A stretch of DNA of 64,000 bases from an uncultured Bacilli bacterium (GTDB lineage Bacteria; Bacillota_I; Bacilli_A; RF39; UBA660): positions 7,372 to 71,371 of the forward strand of contig CANQYK010000001.1 of assembly GCA_947628065.1 (NCBI GenBank), given 5' to 3'. The position numbers were made by a program, and so were the translations under genes. This document shows positions 35,986-45,241 of this stretch, piece after piece (position 1 is the stretch's first letter; every line of letters starts with the position of its first letter). The notes beneath the pieces are model-generated. The model did no database searches and had not been told where the DNA came from. It saw only the letters and a program-made list of their open reading frames with translations.

Positions 35986-38139
35986 TCATCTCTTTTCATT
36001 ATAAGGTGCCTTTATTTTTTTTTCAATTCCTTTTTGATAACTTTTTACACTTCCCTTTTGAAAATCAAAACAAACCATACCACTAGAACTTGTATTATAA
36101 AGAATACTACCTTCCTTTTTTAAAGCATCTACCACTTCTTTATGTGGATGGCCAAATTTATTGTCTTTCCCACTTGATATTAACGCATAACGTGGCCTTA
36201 CCATGTCTAAAAAGGCTTTACTACTACTTGTTTTCGAACCATGATGACCAACTTTTAAAATGGTAACTGGTAAAAGTTCATATTCCTTTAAGAGTTCCTC
36301 TTCACTCTTTTTACTGGCGTCTCCCATAAATAACATCTTATATTGAAAGATCGTCGCATATAAAATGAGACTTGAATCGTTTTCATCGTTTAAATCTTTA
36401 CTTAATACTTGAAAATGATAATTAGAAAGTGTAAAAGTATCGTTATGATAGAGCTTTCTTACAGGAATCTTTTTCTCTTTGGCTTTCTTTTTAATTTGTT
36501 GTTCCAAAGAATTTTCTTTGTTTTCATTTAGAAAGACACTTCCTACCTTAATATTGTCCAAAAGGGTAAGCGCTTCCATCGCATGATCAGCATCCCCATG
36601 TGTTAAGAGTAATACATCAATTTTTTTAATTCCTCTTTGATAAAGAAAAGAAATGGTATAAGTACCAAGAGATGTTTTTTCAACTCCTTTTTCCCACGCC
36701 TCTTGTTTGTATTCCATCTTTCCTCCTGTATCAATTAACATACTCTTCCCATTTGAGGTTAATAAAAAGCTATCGCCCTGCCCTACATCGATCATATAAA
36801 GCCTATCTTCTTTTATAATCGATGGTAGAATATAATGAAAAGACAAAAGAGCAAGAAGAAAGAGGAAATACTTCTTTTTCTTCTTGAAAAGAAAAAGAAA
36901 AATAGGAACAAAAAGGAAAAAATAATACCAAAGAGGAAGTCTTTTAAAAATCAAAATACCAACGGGAATCTTGGCAAGAGATAAAACACTTTTTTCTAAG
37001 ATAAGAAGAAAGAATGCAAAAATAGATTTTAAAAAAGGACAAAAAAAAGTTGCTATGGAAAGAGGAAAAACAATGATATTAATAAAAGGAACATAAAATA
37101 AATTATAGAAAATACTAAGAGGATTAAGATAGCTAAAATGATAAAGAGAAATGGGAAGAGATACCAAAAAAGATAAGAATGATACCTCTAATAAGCTTTT
37201 AAGAAAGTTTTTTTCTTTTCCCTTTTCTCTTTCATAATATAAAATTAAACTTACCGTAATTACTGTCGCATATTGAAATCCAATATCCAAAACATAATAA
37301 GGATTTAAAAACAGTAGTGTGGCAAGGGAAATACAAATTAATTGAAAAGGAGAGACGAAGAAATCAAAGGCTTTGTTGATTTCGAAATAGAAAAAGAAAA
37401 CAAGAGCCCGATCGACTGCTGCACAAGAGTCGATCATAGCATAATAACAAAGTAAGATACAAAAGGTTTCAAAAAAGATCGTTCTAGCGGTTTGTTTTCT
37501 TTTTTGTAAGAGAAATAATAAAATAGATGCAAGAAAGGTTATTTGTGTTCCAGATAAGGCGAATAGATGAGAGATTCCTAATTTTTGGAAAGCACTTTTC
37601 ACATCCTTCTTAATATCATCATCTTGACCTAAGAAAAAGCAATTAATATAGCAAGCTACTGTATCAAAGGAGGCGATATAGCGTCTTACTTTGTCTCGAA
37701 GGAAAAGAATAACATTTCTATTTTCTCTTACTTTCTCCATCTCATCGATTTGAAGAAAATGATAGATGCCTTTCTGCCTTAAATATAAGGGATATGAAAA
37801 ACTACCAAAATTTTTCGTCGAAGTTGGGGTTTTAAGACTTCCACTTACTCTAACCAGATCACCAAGATGAAAATTGGATGCCAATTCTTTTTCTTGTTTC
37901 GTTTTAAAATAGTAAGAGGCTTGTAGTTTTTCATCTGCTTCTAATTGTAACGTAAATTGATTCCCAGATAGATGCAACTGAATAATTTTTGCTGTTAATT
38001 CCACCTTTCCATCTCTATATTTTGCATTCCTGGAAACTAAGGTAAGGGTAAAGGTAGTATAAATGAAACTAAATACAATAAGAAATAAGTATAGTTTTTT
38101 AGACAGTAATATTTTCCTTAATCTTAGCAAAAAGGGCAT
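35986..38139 (-). CDS. comEC: DNA internalization competence protein ComEC/Rec2
   Basis: A polytopic competence domain is followed by a C-terminal metallo-beta-lactamase domain (MIDVGQGDSFLL, LLLTHGDADH, KVGHHGS). The protein is 717 aa. Confidence 0.88.
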   Translation of the reverse strand: MPFLLRLRKILLSKKLYLFLIVFSFIYTTFTLTLVSRNAKYRDGKVELTAKIIQLHLSGNQFTLQLEADEKLQASYYFKTKQEKELASNFHLGDLVRVSGSLKTPTSTKNFGSFSYPLYLRQKGIYHFLQIDEMEKVRENRNVILFLRDKVRRYIASFDTVACYINCFFLGQDDDIKKDVKSAFQKLGISHLFALSGTQITFLASILLFLLQKRKQTARTIFFETFCILLCYYAMIDSCAAVDRALVFFFYFEINKAFDFFVSPFQLICISLATLLFLNPYYVLDIGFQYATVITVSLILYYEREKGKEKNFLKSLLEVSFLSFLVSLPISLYHFSYLNPLSIFYNLFYVPFINIIVFPLSIATFFCPFLKSIFAFFLLILEKSVLSLAKIPVGILIFKRLPLWYYFFLFVPIFLFLFKKKKKYFLFLLALLSFHYILPSIIKEDRLYMIDVGQGDSFLLTSNGKSMLIDTGGKMEYKQEAWEKGVEKTSLGTYTISFLYQRGIKKIDVLLLTHGDADHAMEALTLLDNIKVGSVFLNENKENSLEQQIKKKAKEKKIPVRKLYHNDTFTLSNYHFQVLSKDLNDENDSSLILYATIFQYKMLFMGDASKKSEEELLKEYELLPVTILKVGHHGSKTSSSKAFLDMVRPRYALISSGKDNKFGHPHKEVVDALKKEGSILYNTSSSGMVCFDFQKGSVKSYQKGIEKKIKAPYNEKR

Positions 38140-38821
38140 CTCCTATTCCACTTACATTTTTGATTTCTTCAATGGTTTGAAAAGGACCTTTTTCCTCTCG
38201 ATACGAAAGAATGGCTTTGGCTTTGGCTTCTCCGATTCCAGGTAATGTCATCAACTCTTCTAATGTTGCTGTATTAAGGGATAGTTTTCCTTCGATCACC
38301 ACACTCGATTGCGTTTTCTTTTCTTCTGTTGTACTATCTTTGATGCAAGCATCGTTTTCGAGTGCTTCTTCACTTGGCTTTACACATGCTTCTTGTTGTT
38401 GTTCTTCCGTCTCTTTGGTCTTGGTAAAGTCCTCTACCTCTTTTTTACTATAAACGACAATAACCATCTCGTCTTTCACTTTCTTTGAAAGATTCAAAAC
38501 AGAGGTATCCGCATTTACAGTAAGATCTCCTGCTAGTCGAATGACATCAATCACTCTGCTTCCTTCGGTAACAGAATAAATTCCAGGATTCATAACTTCA
38601 CCTTTTATATCCACTTGAAAATAAACTTCCTCTTTTTCAACTGACGAGGACTTATCCTCTTTCTCTTCTTTCTTTTTGGCACTCAAAACAACAGGGGTGT
38701 TTTCTTTTTTTGTCTTTTTTTGAAAACCACTTCGAAAAAGAAAGACAAGTCCCAAAACTAGCAAACAAAAGAGAAAAAGAGCAAGAATAATTTGTTTTCG
38801 ATGTCGATAAGTAAAGGTCAT
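38099..38821 (-). CDS. comEA: competence DNA receptor ComEA
   Basis: The protein has a TM anchor, an SLBB-like region (GEVMNPGIYSV) and C-terminal tandem HhH motifs (LNTATLEELMTLPGIGEAKAKAILSYREEKGPFQTIEEIKNVSGIG). The start is placed at ATG 38821 after GGAGGAGG. Confidence 0.88.
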   Translation of the reverse strand: MTFTYRHRKQIILALFLFCLLVLGLVFLFRSGFQKKTKKENTPVVLSAKKKEEKEDKSSSVEKEEVYFQVDIKGEVMNPGIYSVTEGSRVIDVIRLAGDLTVNADTSVLNLSKKVKDEMVIVVYSKKEVEDFTKTKETEEQQQEACVKPSEEALENDACIKDSTTEEKKTQSSVVIEGKLSLNTATLEELMTLPGIGEAKAKAILSYREEKGPFQTIEEIKNVSGIGDALFAKIKENITV

Positions 38822-38847
38822 TTCGCACCTCCTCCTTTCCGACAAGC

Positions 38848-38876
38848 ACTATAGCAGATATTAAAAAATGTGTCAA
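38848..38876 (-). promoter_or_regulatory. sigma-A-type promoter of comEA-comEC
   Basis: The minus strand reads TTGACA (38871..38876), a 17-nt spacer, then TATAGT (38848..38853). Confidence 0.55.
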
Positions 38877-38877
38877 A

Positions 38878-38981
38878 AGGGGAATTTTGCAAATTCCGGC
38901 ACTTTTTTGGGGGAAAATTGCAAATTCCCCGGGGGAAAATGCAAAATTCAGCCGAAAATGGGGCTGAATTTGCAAAATTCA
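38878..38981. promoter_or_regulatory. array of four 15-nt imperfect palindromes (GAATTTTGCAAATTC-like, each flanked by a G/C run) directly upstream of the comEA -35
   Basis: The copies lie at about 38882..38896, 38913..38927, 38936..38950 and 38966..38980. The two distal copies can also pair with each other as a hairpin downstream of the SEDS gene. Confidence 0.6.
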
Positions 38982-38998
38982 CTTTTTTTTACTTTTTT

Positions 38999-40171
38999 TC
39001 ATTTTTTTCGTTTTTTGGGGGTTTCGTTCCGAATTCCTGTCTCTATTTTTACCCGTTGTACAAAGGTTAAAGCGACCATCAAGCAAAGTGTAAAGCTTCC
39101 TCCATAACTAATAAAAGGAAGAGGAATTCCAGTAATTGGAATAAGTCCTAAAATACCTAAGAGATTAATACTGATATGAAGAAAGAGATAGAAAAAGATT
39201 CCATAACAAATCATCGCACCTCGGTTCGTATAACTTTTCTTTCCAATAAAATAAATACGAGATAAAACAACAATATAACAAAGAATTAAAAGAATACCTG
39301 TTACAAGACCTAATTCTTCTACTACAATAGCAAAGATAAAATCTGTATATGGCTCTGGCAAATACAAATATTTTTGAGTGGAATTACCAAGACCAACCCC
39401 TGTTAATCCCCCATTGTTAATCGCAATATAACCATTACATACTTGATTCCCTTCATCTAGTAATTTCTCACATGGATTTCCGAAAGAAGAAAGACGTTCT
39501 TTCTGTCTTGCATGAAGAAGTTCAAAACCACAAAGTTGTAGTGTCCCAAGAAGAGCAAGAGCTATTAAACCACCAAAAAAGACAATTTTAATTTTTCGTA
39601 TTAAAGTAATGGGAACGAGAAAGAAAACAAACAAAACAATAACAGTATAAATAAGAGCGGTTCCATAATCATTTTGTAATACAATTAAAATAGCAGGCAA
39701 AGCACCAATACAAAGAGGAAGCGCCGCAACAAACCAATGATCAAGATGCTTCTCATATACTTCATAGAAGCGTGCCATCCAAACAATAATAATTATTTTG
39801 GCAAACTCACTTGGTTGGAACATAAAAGGACCAATGGGAAACCAACTTTTCGCATCATTGGTTACTTTTCCATAAACAAGAAGCAAAAATAAGATAACGG
39901 TAATAGCAATCAATAAAAGCGATGAAAACATTCCATATGCTTTGGTATTAAACCGAATCATAACAGAACACAAAAGAAAACTAATAACTAAAAAAATACC
40001 TTGTTTAAAAAAATATCCATAAAAACTTTTTCCGTTCATATAAGCCGTTACATTACTAGCCGATAATACCATAATAAGTCCAAAGATAAAAAGAGCGGCC
40101 GTTAAAACAAAAAGAATTTTATCCATATGTTTGATCATTTGGGCAGTTTTCTTCAAAGTATCACGCTCCAT
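38999..40171 (-). CDS. SEDS-family peptidoglycan glycosyltransferase (FtsW/RodA/SpoVE)
   Basis: This 390-aa protein has about 10 TM segments. Characteristic segments include FQPSEFAKI, NDYGTAL and LPFISYGGS. Confidence 0.85.
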   Translation of the reverse strand: MERDTLKKTAQMIKHMDKILFVLTAALFIFGLIMVLSASNVTAYMNGKSFYGYFFKQGIFLVISFLLCSVMIRFNTKAYGMFSSLLLIAITVILFLLLVYGKVTNDAKSWFPIGPFMFQPSEFAKIIIIVWMARFYEVYEKHLDHWFVAALPLCIGALPAILIVLQNDYGTALIYTVIVLFVFFLVPITLIRKIKIVFFGGLIALALLGTLQLCGFELLHARQKERLSSFGNPCEKLLDEGNQVCNGYIAINNGGLTGVGLGNSTQKYLYLPEPYTDFIFAIVVEELGLVTGILLILCYIVVLSRIYFIGKKSYTNRGAMICYGIFFYLFLHISINLLGILGLIPITGIPLPFISYGGSFTLCLMVALTFVQRVKIETGIRNETPKKRKK

Positions 40172-40281
40172 TCTCTTTTCATCATACCATAATTTTTTTC
40201 TTTAAAAAAGAGAAATAGATGATTTCATTAACCATTTGACACCTACTTTCATATTTTATACTAGATAAAGGAGGAATTATT

Positions 40282-40449
40282 ATGTATTATTATGGTGGCG
40301 GAAGCTGTGGCTGCAACCAAGGTTCTTACTATCCAATGTATGGATATGGATGGGGCTACGGAAGTAACCAAAACAATAGTAATTATGCAATTATTTTAGT
40401 ATTATTTATCTTACTTGTAATCGTTATCGGTGCAAGATATGCAAGATAG
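40282..40449 (+). CDS. tiny Gly/Tyr-rich membrane protein (YjcZ-like family)
   Basis: My translation is MYYYGGGSCGCNQGSYYPMYGYGWGYGSNQNNSNYAIILVLFILLVIVIGARYAR. It has an AAGGAGG RBS and is followed by a terminator. It is not in the ORF track. Confidence 0.6.
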   Translation: MYYYGGGSCGCNQGSYYPMYGYGWGYGSNQNNSNYAIILVLFILLVIVIGARYAR

Positions 40450-40472
40450 AAAGGTTTAGCCTTTCTTTTTTT
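40448..40472 (+). terminator. intrinsic terminator
   Basis: The hairpin GAAAGG-tttag-CCTTTC is followed by a T-run. Confidence 0.55.
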
Positions 40473-40513
40473 ATAAAAATATGATAAAATAGGCATGAAA
40501 CGGATGTGGTAGT

Positions 40514-41062
40514 ATGTTAAAAACAAAGAATATTTTAGATGAAAAGGATAAACGGCTTCGTCTTGTTAGCAAAGAGGTTACCTTTCCTCTTGAGAAAAAA
40601 GATTTGGATATGATTGATTTAATGGTAGAATATTTAACCAATAGTCAAATTGATGATTTAGCAGAAAAATATGATTTAAGACCTGGTATGGGAATGGCAG
40701 CAATACAACTTGGGGTTGCGAAACGCTTTCTTACCATTGTTCATGAAATTGGAGAAGAAGAATTTGATACTTATGTGATATGCAATCCAAAATTAACTAG
40801 AACTTCAGAAGAGATGATCTATGTTGAAGACGGGGAAGGATGCCTTTCGGTAAACCGTGATGTTACTGGTATTGTTCCAAGACATGCAAGAGTTACCGTT
40901 GAAGGATATGATGTTAATGGAAACAAAATAAAAATTAGAGCAAGAGAAGAACTTGCTATTGCTTTTCAACATGAACTAGACCACTTAGATGGAATTCTTT
41001 TTACCGATCGCATAGATAAGAAAAATCCATACAAAGGAAAAGACCAAATGCGCTCCATTTAG
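40514..41062 (+). CDS. def: peptide deformylase
   Basis: The motifs GMGMAAIQLG, EGCLS and QHELDHLDG are present. Confidence 0.92.
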   Translation: MLKTKNILDEKDKRLRLVSKEVTFPLEKKDLDMIDLMVEYLTNSQIDDLAEKYDLRPGMGMAAIQLGVAKRFLTIVHEIGEEEFDTYVICNPKLTRTSEEMIYVEDGEGCLSVNRDVTGIVPRHARVTVEGYDVNGNKIKIRAREELAIAFQHELDHLDGILFTDRIDKKNPYKGKDQMRSI

Positions 41063-41484
41063 TCTTTTTTCTTTTGTTTGATATATTGATTATTGGCTTC
41101 TCTTATTATACCAAGTCGAAATAAATTTTGTTCTTTTTCCCTCATACTTTGGTATACATAGCTTAATTGTGCGATTTCTTTTAACACTGTTATTTTATCT
41201 CCAAGAGCTTTATTTTCAAAAAGAGGCGCTGCTTGATGATAACAATCAATGGTAAAAATTTTTCCAGACACATAGAAAATTCTTTCTTCCTTGGATAAAT
41301 CTTCTTTTTCGAAATAAGATTCTATTACTTTTTCCATAGCAAATTGATATTCTTCTTTTCCTCGCCCTATTTCAAAGTTTTGAACAAAAAACTCTGTCTC
41401 TCTTAAGAGAATACTTAAATTCATTGTATTTTTTACCTTCGCAATTGTATCAAATAACTCCAATCGCATATCATCCACTCTCAT
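41059..41484 (-). CDS. hypothetical protein
   Basis: This 141-aa ORF converges on def with a 4-nt overlap. I recognise no family. Confidence 0.4.
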   Translation of the reverse strand: MRVDDMRLELFDTIAKVKNTMNLSILLRETEFFVQNFEIGRGKEEYQFAMEKVIESYFEKEDLSKEERIFYVSGKIFTIDCYHQAAPLFENKALGDKITVLKEIAQLSYVYQSMREKEQNLFRLGIIREANNQYIKQKKKD

Positions 41485-41540
41485 AGTACATCTCCTTTAA
41501 ATGTCCTTATTATAACAAAAACAAAGAAAAAAAGAAAGTA

Positions 41541-44489
41541 TTATAAATACTCTTCTTTGTTTTCTAGTTTTACACTTACAAGCTTGGAAACACCAGACTC
41601 TTGCATGGTAATACCATATAAAGTATCGGCATACTCCATTGTTTTCTTTTTATGGGTAATAATTAAAAACTGTGTTTTGTTCTTATAATGATCCAAATAT
41701 TTACCAAACTGATCAACATTTGCTTCATCAAGTGCCGCTTCCACCTCATCAAAAATACAAAATGGAACTTTTCTGACATTTAAAATAGCAAAGAGAAGAC
41801 TAATGGCAGTCAAGGTTTTCTCTCCACCCGATAGTAAATGAATCGTTGTTAGTCTTTTTCCTGGTGGACTTGCAATAATATCAATTCCTGTTGTTAATAA
41901 ATCATCTGGACTTGTTAGTTCAAGGGTTGCATGACCCCCATGGAAGAGTTCTTGAAAAACTTGTTCAAATTCTATTTTAATTGCATCATAAGTCTTTTTA
42001 AATTCTTCTTTCATCACTTCATCCATCTCATCCATAATCGTAAGGAGTGTTCCTTCTGCTGTTAGTAAATCTTCTTTTTGATGAAGTAAAAATTCATACC
42101 TTGTACTTACTCTATCATACTCTTCAATAGCAGCAAGGTTTACCATACCAAGATCTTTGATTACAGTTTTATATTTTTCTACTTTTTTTCTTGCTTCCTT
42201 ATCTTCGATCTCAAGGATATAATCACGTCTTGCCTTCTCATATGTCATACTATATTCTGTTGTTAAGGTATCTAACATACTATCTAGTTTTACATCGATT
42301 CTAGAATGTTTAATTTCAAGTTCTTTTATTTGTTCTTCTTTTTTCCGAAGGATACTATTTTGATATTTCTCATTTTCTTCTAACGTATCAATTTTTTGTC
42401 TTTCTTCTTCTACTTCTTTTTGAAGACTCTTTTTCTTTTGCTCTAGTTTTTCTTTATACGATGCTTTCGCATAAAACGAATCAATTAAATTCTTTTCTTT
42501 CTCATCTAATACATCACTATTATCTTCTAATGTAGATAAATGGTCTTCTACTTGTTTGATTTCTTTTTCTAATTGTTTGATTTCTCCTTGTGTTTTTTCT
42601 TCCTCTTCTTTTAAATATTCAATGGATTTTGTAAGATGGAAAACATCTTCTTCTAAGGTACTTATTTTGGTTGTGATTAACTTAAGATCTTCTAAATACT
42701 TTTTACTCGAATTTTGAAGGGAGGAAATTGTATTTTTATAAGATGTTATTTCTTGTTGTATCATAACCCCACTTCGTCCTTTGTAACTTGCACCACCGGT
42801 CATAGAACCACCAACATTAATGACATCACCACCCAAGGTAATGACTTTGTATTTCCTATTTACTTGCTTACTGATTAGAAGGGCACTATCAACATCTTCT
42901 GCTAGAAGAGTAAGACCAAATTGGTTATCAATAATATTTTGATATTTTTCTTCTGTTTTGATATGACTTGCTAAAACACCATGAAATCCTTCAATGTGTT
43001 CTAATTCTTTTAACGTACTCTGAGCTATTTTTCTAGGTTCAATTACAGTGAGCGGAAAAAAGGTAGCTCTTCCTAAATTTTTGTTTTTCAAATAAGAAAT
43101 GGCTTCTTTGGCACTTTTTTCATCTTTTACAATAATAAAGTTTTTACTTGAAGCAATCGCAACTTCCAAAGCCTTTCCATAAATCTCTTTGGTTTTTACA
43201 ACATTTCCAATAATATCATAAATACCAGTTAATTTTTCACATGTTAAAACCTTCTTTACACTAGGAGGTAGACCACTTCCTTTTTCTTGTTCTAATTGAA
43301 GAAGTTCAATTTTATGTTTATAAGATAATAAATCTCTTTCCATCTTACTATATTCTTGTTCAAACGTATATTTTTCTTGTTTTTCTTTCTCTATTTCTTT
43401 CTTTTTCCGCGTCCAAAGTGCAGTATCATCTTTTCCTTTTACTTGAAGATTTAAAAGACTATTTTTTATGTTACTAAGATTTTTTCTTAATTCTCCTTGT
43501 TTGGTATGAAGGCTTCTTGCCTCTTCTTCCCTCTTATCTTTCGTTTTCTCTTTTCGCATCATTCGTAATACTTGTAACTCTCCATCTAGTCGTGTTACTT
43601 CTTCTGTAGCACGAAGAAGTTCATTTTGGGTAAAATCCAAATCTTTCTCTAGTTCTAATAAACTTCCTTTTTCTTTTAGGATCTCACTACTAGAAATAGA
43701 ATTTTTCGAAGATAAAAGTGTGGCTTCTTTTTTTATTTCTTCTTTTTCGGTATCTAATAACTTTAATTCACTATTTAAATTATATATATCATAAGCAAGA
43801 AGGGAAACTTCTAACACCTCAAGAGCCTTTTTGTTTTCCAAATAAATTTTTGCTTTTTCACTTTGTTCTTTTAAAGGTGTTACTTGCTTTTCTAATTCTA
43901 AAATAATGTCTTCCAAACGTTCTAAGGAAGCATGGGTTCGATCTAACTTTCTTAAAGCTTCTTCTTTCCTTTTTTTGTACTTTAAAATGCCTGCTGCTTC
44001 TTCAAAAACAACTCTTCTATCTTCTTTCCCATCACTTAAAATACGATCAACTTCCCCTTGTCCAATGATATTAAAAGATTCTTTTCCAATTCCACTATCC
44101 AAAAATAAATCCGTAATATCTTTTAATCGGCATTTTTCATTGTTTAAAAAATATTCATTTTCCCCACTTCGATATACACGACGTTTTACAGATACTTCGG
44201 TATAGTTAATGTTTAAATAATGATCATGATTATCAAAAATTAATTCAACACTCGCAGCATTTTTACTTTTTCTTGAAGCACTTCCTGCAAAAATAACATC
44301 ACTCATAGAACCTTCTCCACGAAGACTTTTAACGGATTGCTCTCCTAAAACCCAACGAACGGCATCCACAATATTACTCTTTCCACTTCCATTGGGACCT
44401 ACAATACAAGTTGTCTCATCGTTTAATACAATGTTCATTTTCTCAGCAAATGATTTAAAACCACTTGTTACAATTTCTTTTAAATACAT
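41541..44489 (-). CDS. smc: chromosome segregation protein SMC
   Basis: This 982-aa protein has the N-terminal Walker A GPNGSGKSNIVDA, long coiled coils, a hinge region, and the C-terminal motifs LSGGEKTLTAISLLFA and FCIFDEVEAALD. Confidence 0.95.
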   Translation of the reverse strand: MYLKEIVTSGFKSFAEKMNIVLNDETTCIVGPNGSGKSNIVDAVRWVLGEQSVKSLRGEGSMSDVIFAGSASRKSKNAASVELIFDNHDHYLNINYTEVSVKRRVYRSGENEYFLNNEKCRLKDITDLFLDSGIGKESFNIIGQGEVDRILSDGKEDRRVVFEEAAGILKYKKRKEEALRKLDRTHASLERLEDIILELEKQVTPLKEQSEKAKIYLENKKALEVLEVSLLAYDIYNLNSELKLLDTEKEEIKKEATLLSSKNSISSSEILKEKGSLLELEKDLDFTQNELLRATEEVTRLDGELQVLRMMRKEKTKDKREEEARSLHTKQGELRKNLSNIKNSLLNLQVKGKDDTALWTRKKKEIEKEKQEKYTFEQEYSKMERDLLSYKHKIELLQLEQEKGSGLPPSVKKVLTCEKLTGIYDIIGNVVKTKEIYGKALEVAIASSKNFIIVKDEKSAKEAISYLKNKNLGRATFFPLTVIEPRKIAQSTLKELEHIEGFHGVLASHIKTEEKYQNIIDNQFGLTLLAEDVDSALLISKQVNRKYKVITLGGDVINVGGSMTGGASYKGRSGVMIQQEITSYKNTISSLQNSSKKYLEDLKLITTKISTLEEDVFHLTKSIEYLKEEEEKTQGEIKQLEKEIKQVEDHLSTLEDNSDVLDEKEKNLIDSFYAKASYKEKLEQKKKSLQKEVEEERQKIDTLEENEKYQNSILRKKEEQIKELEIKHSRIDVKLDSMLDTLTTEYSMTYEKARRDYILEIEDKEARKKVEKYKTVIKDLGMVNLAAIEEYDRVSTRYEFLLHQKEDLLTAEGTLLTIMDEMDEVMKEEFKKTYDAIKIEFEQVFQELFHGGHATLELTSPDDLLTTGIDIIASPPGKRLTTIHLLSGGEKTLTAISLLFAILNVRKVPFCIFDEVEAALDEANVDQFGKYLDHYKNKTQFLIITHKKKTMEYADTLYGITMQESGVSKLVSVKLENKEEYL

Positions 44490-44510
44490 ATCTTACTCAC
44501 TCACTTTACT

Positions 44511-44914
44511 ATAAACATTTTATCAAAAATTACAAAATTAGACAAGGCAAAGAAATTTAAGTTGTTTTGGCCTTCCTTTTGATATAAAAAAATGAATCTG
44601 TAAATAAAACAACTTCATTTTTTATCGGAATTAAAATCAGAATATTAACGCTATTTTTAAAGTGATTATAAAACCTACTAAAATAATGGTAGTGATCACT
44701 ACACCTAAAATTAAACCAGCGATTGCCATTGGTAATCCTCGTTCTTTTGTTTTTCTAATTTGAATGATACTGATTATTGAAAAAATGATTGCTAAAAGAC
44801 TAAGAATTAGTAACATAATTACCTCCTTTATGTTAAAAAGAATATCATATTATTTCAAAATGTCAAGAAAAATTAAAAGGCCATAGAAAATTCTTCTTTT
44901 CTATGGCTTCTTCC
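44511..44914. repeat. copy 1 of a segmental direct duplication (shorter copy)
   Basis: This copy is near-collinear with 45242..45759. The shared content includes the terminator hairpin CCATAGAAAA...TTTTCTATGG, a small gene and a downstream hairpin. Relative to copy 2 it lacks roughly 100 bp inside the small gene. Confidence 0.8.
44637..44816 (-). CDS. truncated paralog (59 aa) of the DUF4190-like small membrane protein
   Basis: My translation is MLLILSLLAIIFSIISIIQIRKTKERGLPMAIAGLILGVVITTIILVGFIITLKIALIF. It matches the C-terminal two thirds of 45387..45659 and has a GGAGG RBS. It is not in the ORF track. Confidence 0.5.
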   Translation of the reverse strand: MLLILSLLAIIFSIISIIQIRKTKERGLPMAIAGLILGVVITTIILVGFIITLKIALIF

Positions 44915-44915
44915 G

Positions 44916-45238
44916 GAGTTTGGCAGTTGACACAAACTAAAATATAGCGTAAGCCCTTTTATAATAAGGAGTTCATATGTCAAATTTTCATCATTTTATT
45001 GTTGTATATCCGTTGTATATAATTTTTTTGATGTTACCCCTTTTTATAAATTCTATATTATGATACACTTATTACATGAAGTAAAATAATTGTAGAAATC
45101 CTTATAAAAGCTTACGATTATTGGTATTTACATATCTAAAAAATTTTAAACTTTTGAAAATAAGGTTGGATATACAACAAACAAAAAATGAGCTAGCCCT
45201 TGTTCTATATAGGTTTGCTCATTTTTACTGCCAAAGTC
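44916..45238. other. roughly 320-bp unique spacer between the duplicated copies, bounded by 12-nt inverted repeats (MITE-like)
   Basis: GAGTTTGGCAGT (44916..44927) matches the reverse complement of ACTGCCAAAGTC (45227..45238) at 11 of 12 positions. An inner inverted repeat pairs GTTGTATATCC (45001..45011) with GGATATACAAC (45168..45178). The spacer contains an RBS-preceded 28-codon hydrophobic ORF at 44977. Confidence 0.4.
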
Positions 45239-45241
45239 AAG

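Noticed and set aside
38878-38981. The repeated motif array could be a CRISPR array.
   Set aside because: The repeats are only about 15 nt long, are imperfect and palindromic, and have irregular 8-16 nt gaps. There are only four copies and no cas genes in the window.
38652-39107. Three track ORFs (38652..38975 minus, 38868..39107 plus, 38870..39070 plus) lie in the comEA/SEDS intergenic region.
   Set aside because: They run through the palindrome array and into neighbouring genes. They have no RBS, their sequence is low-complexity (driven by the repeats), and they overlap each other in different frames. I treat them as non-coding.
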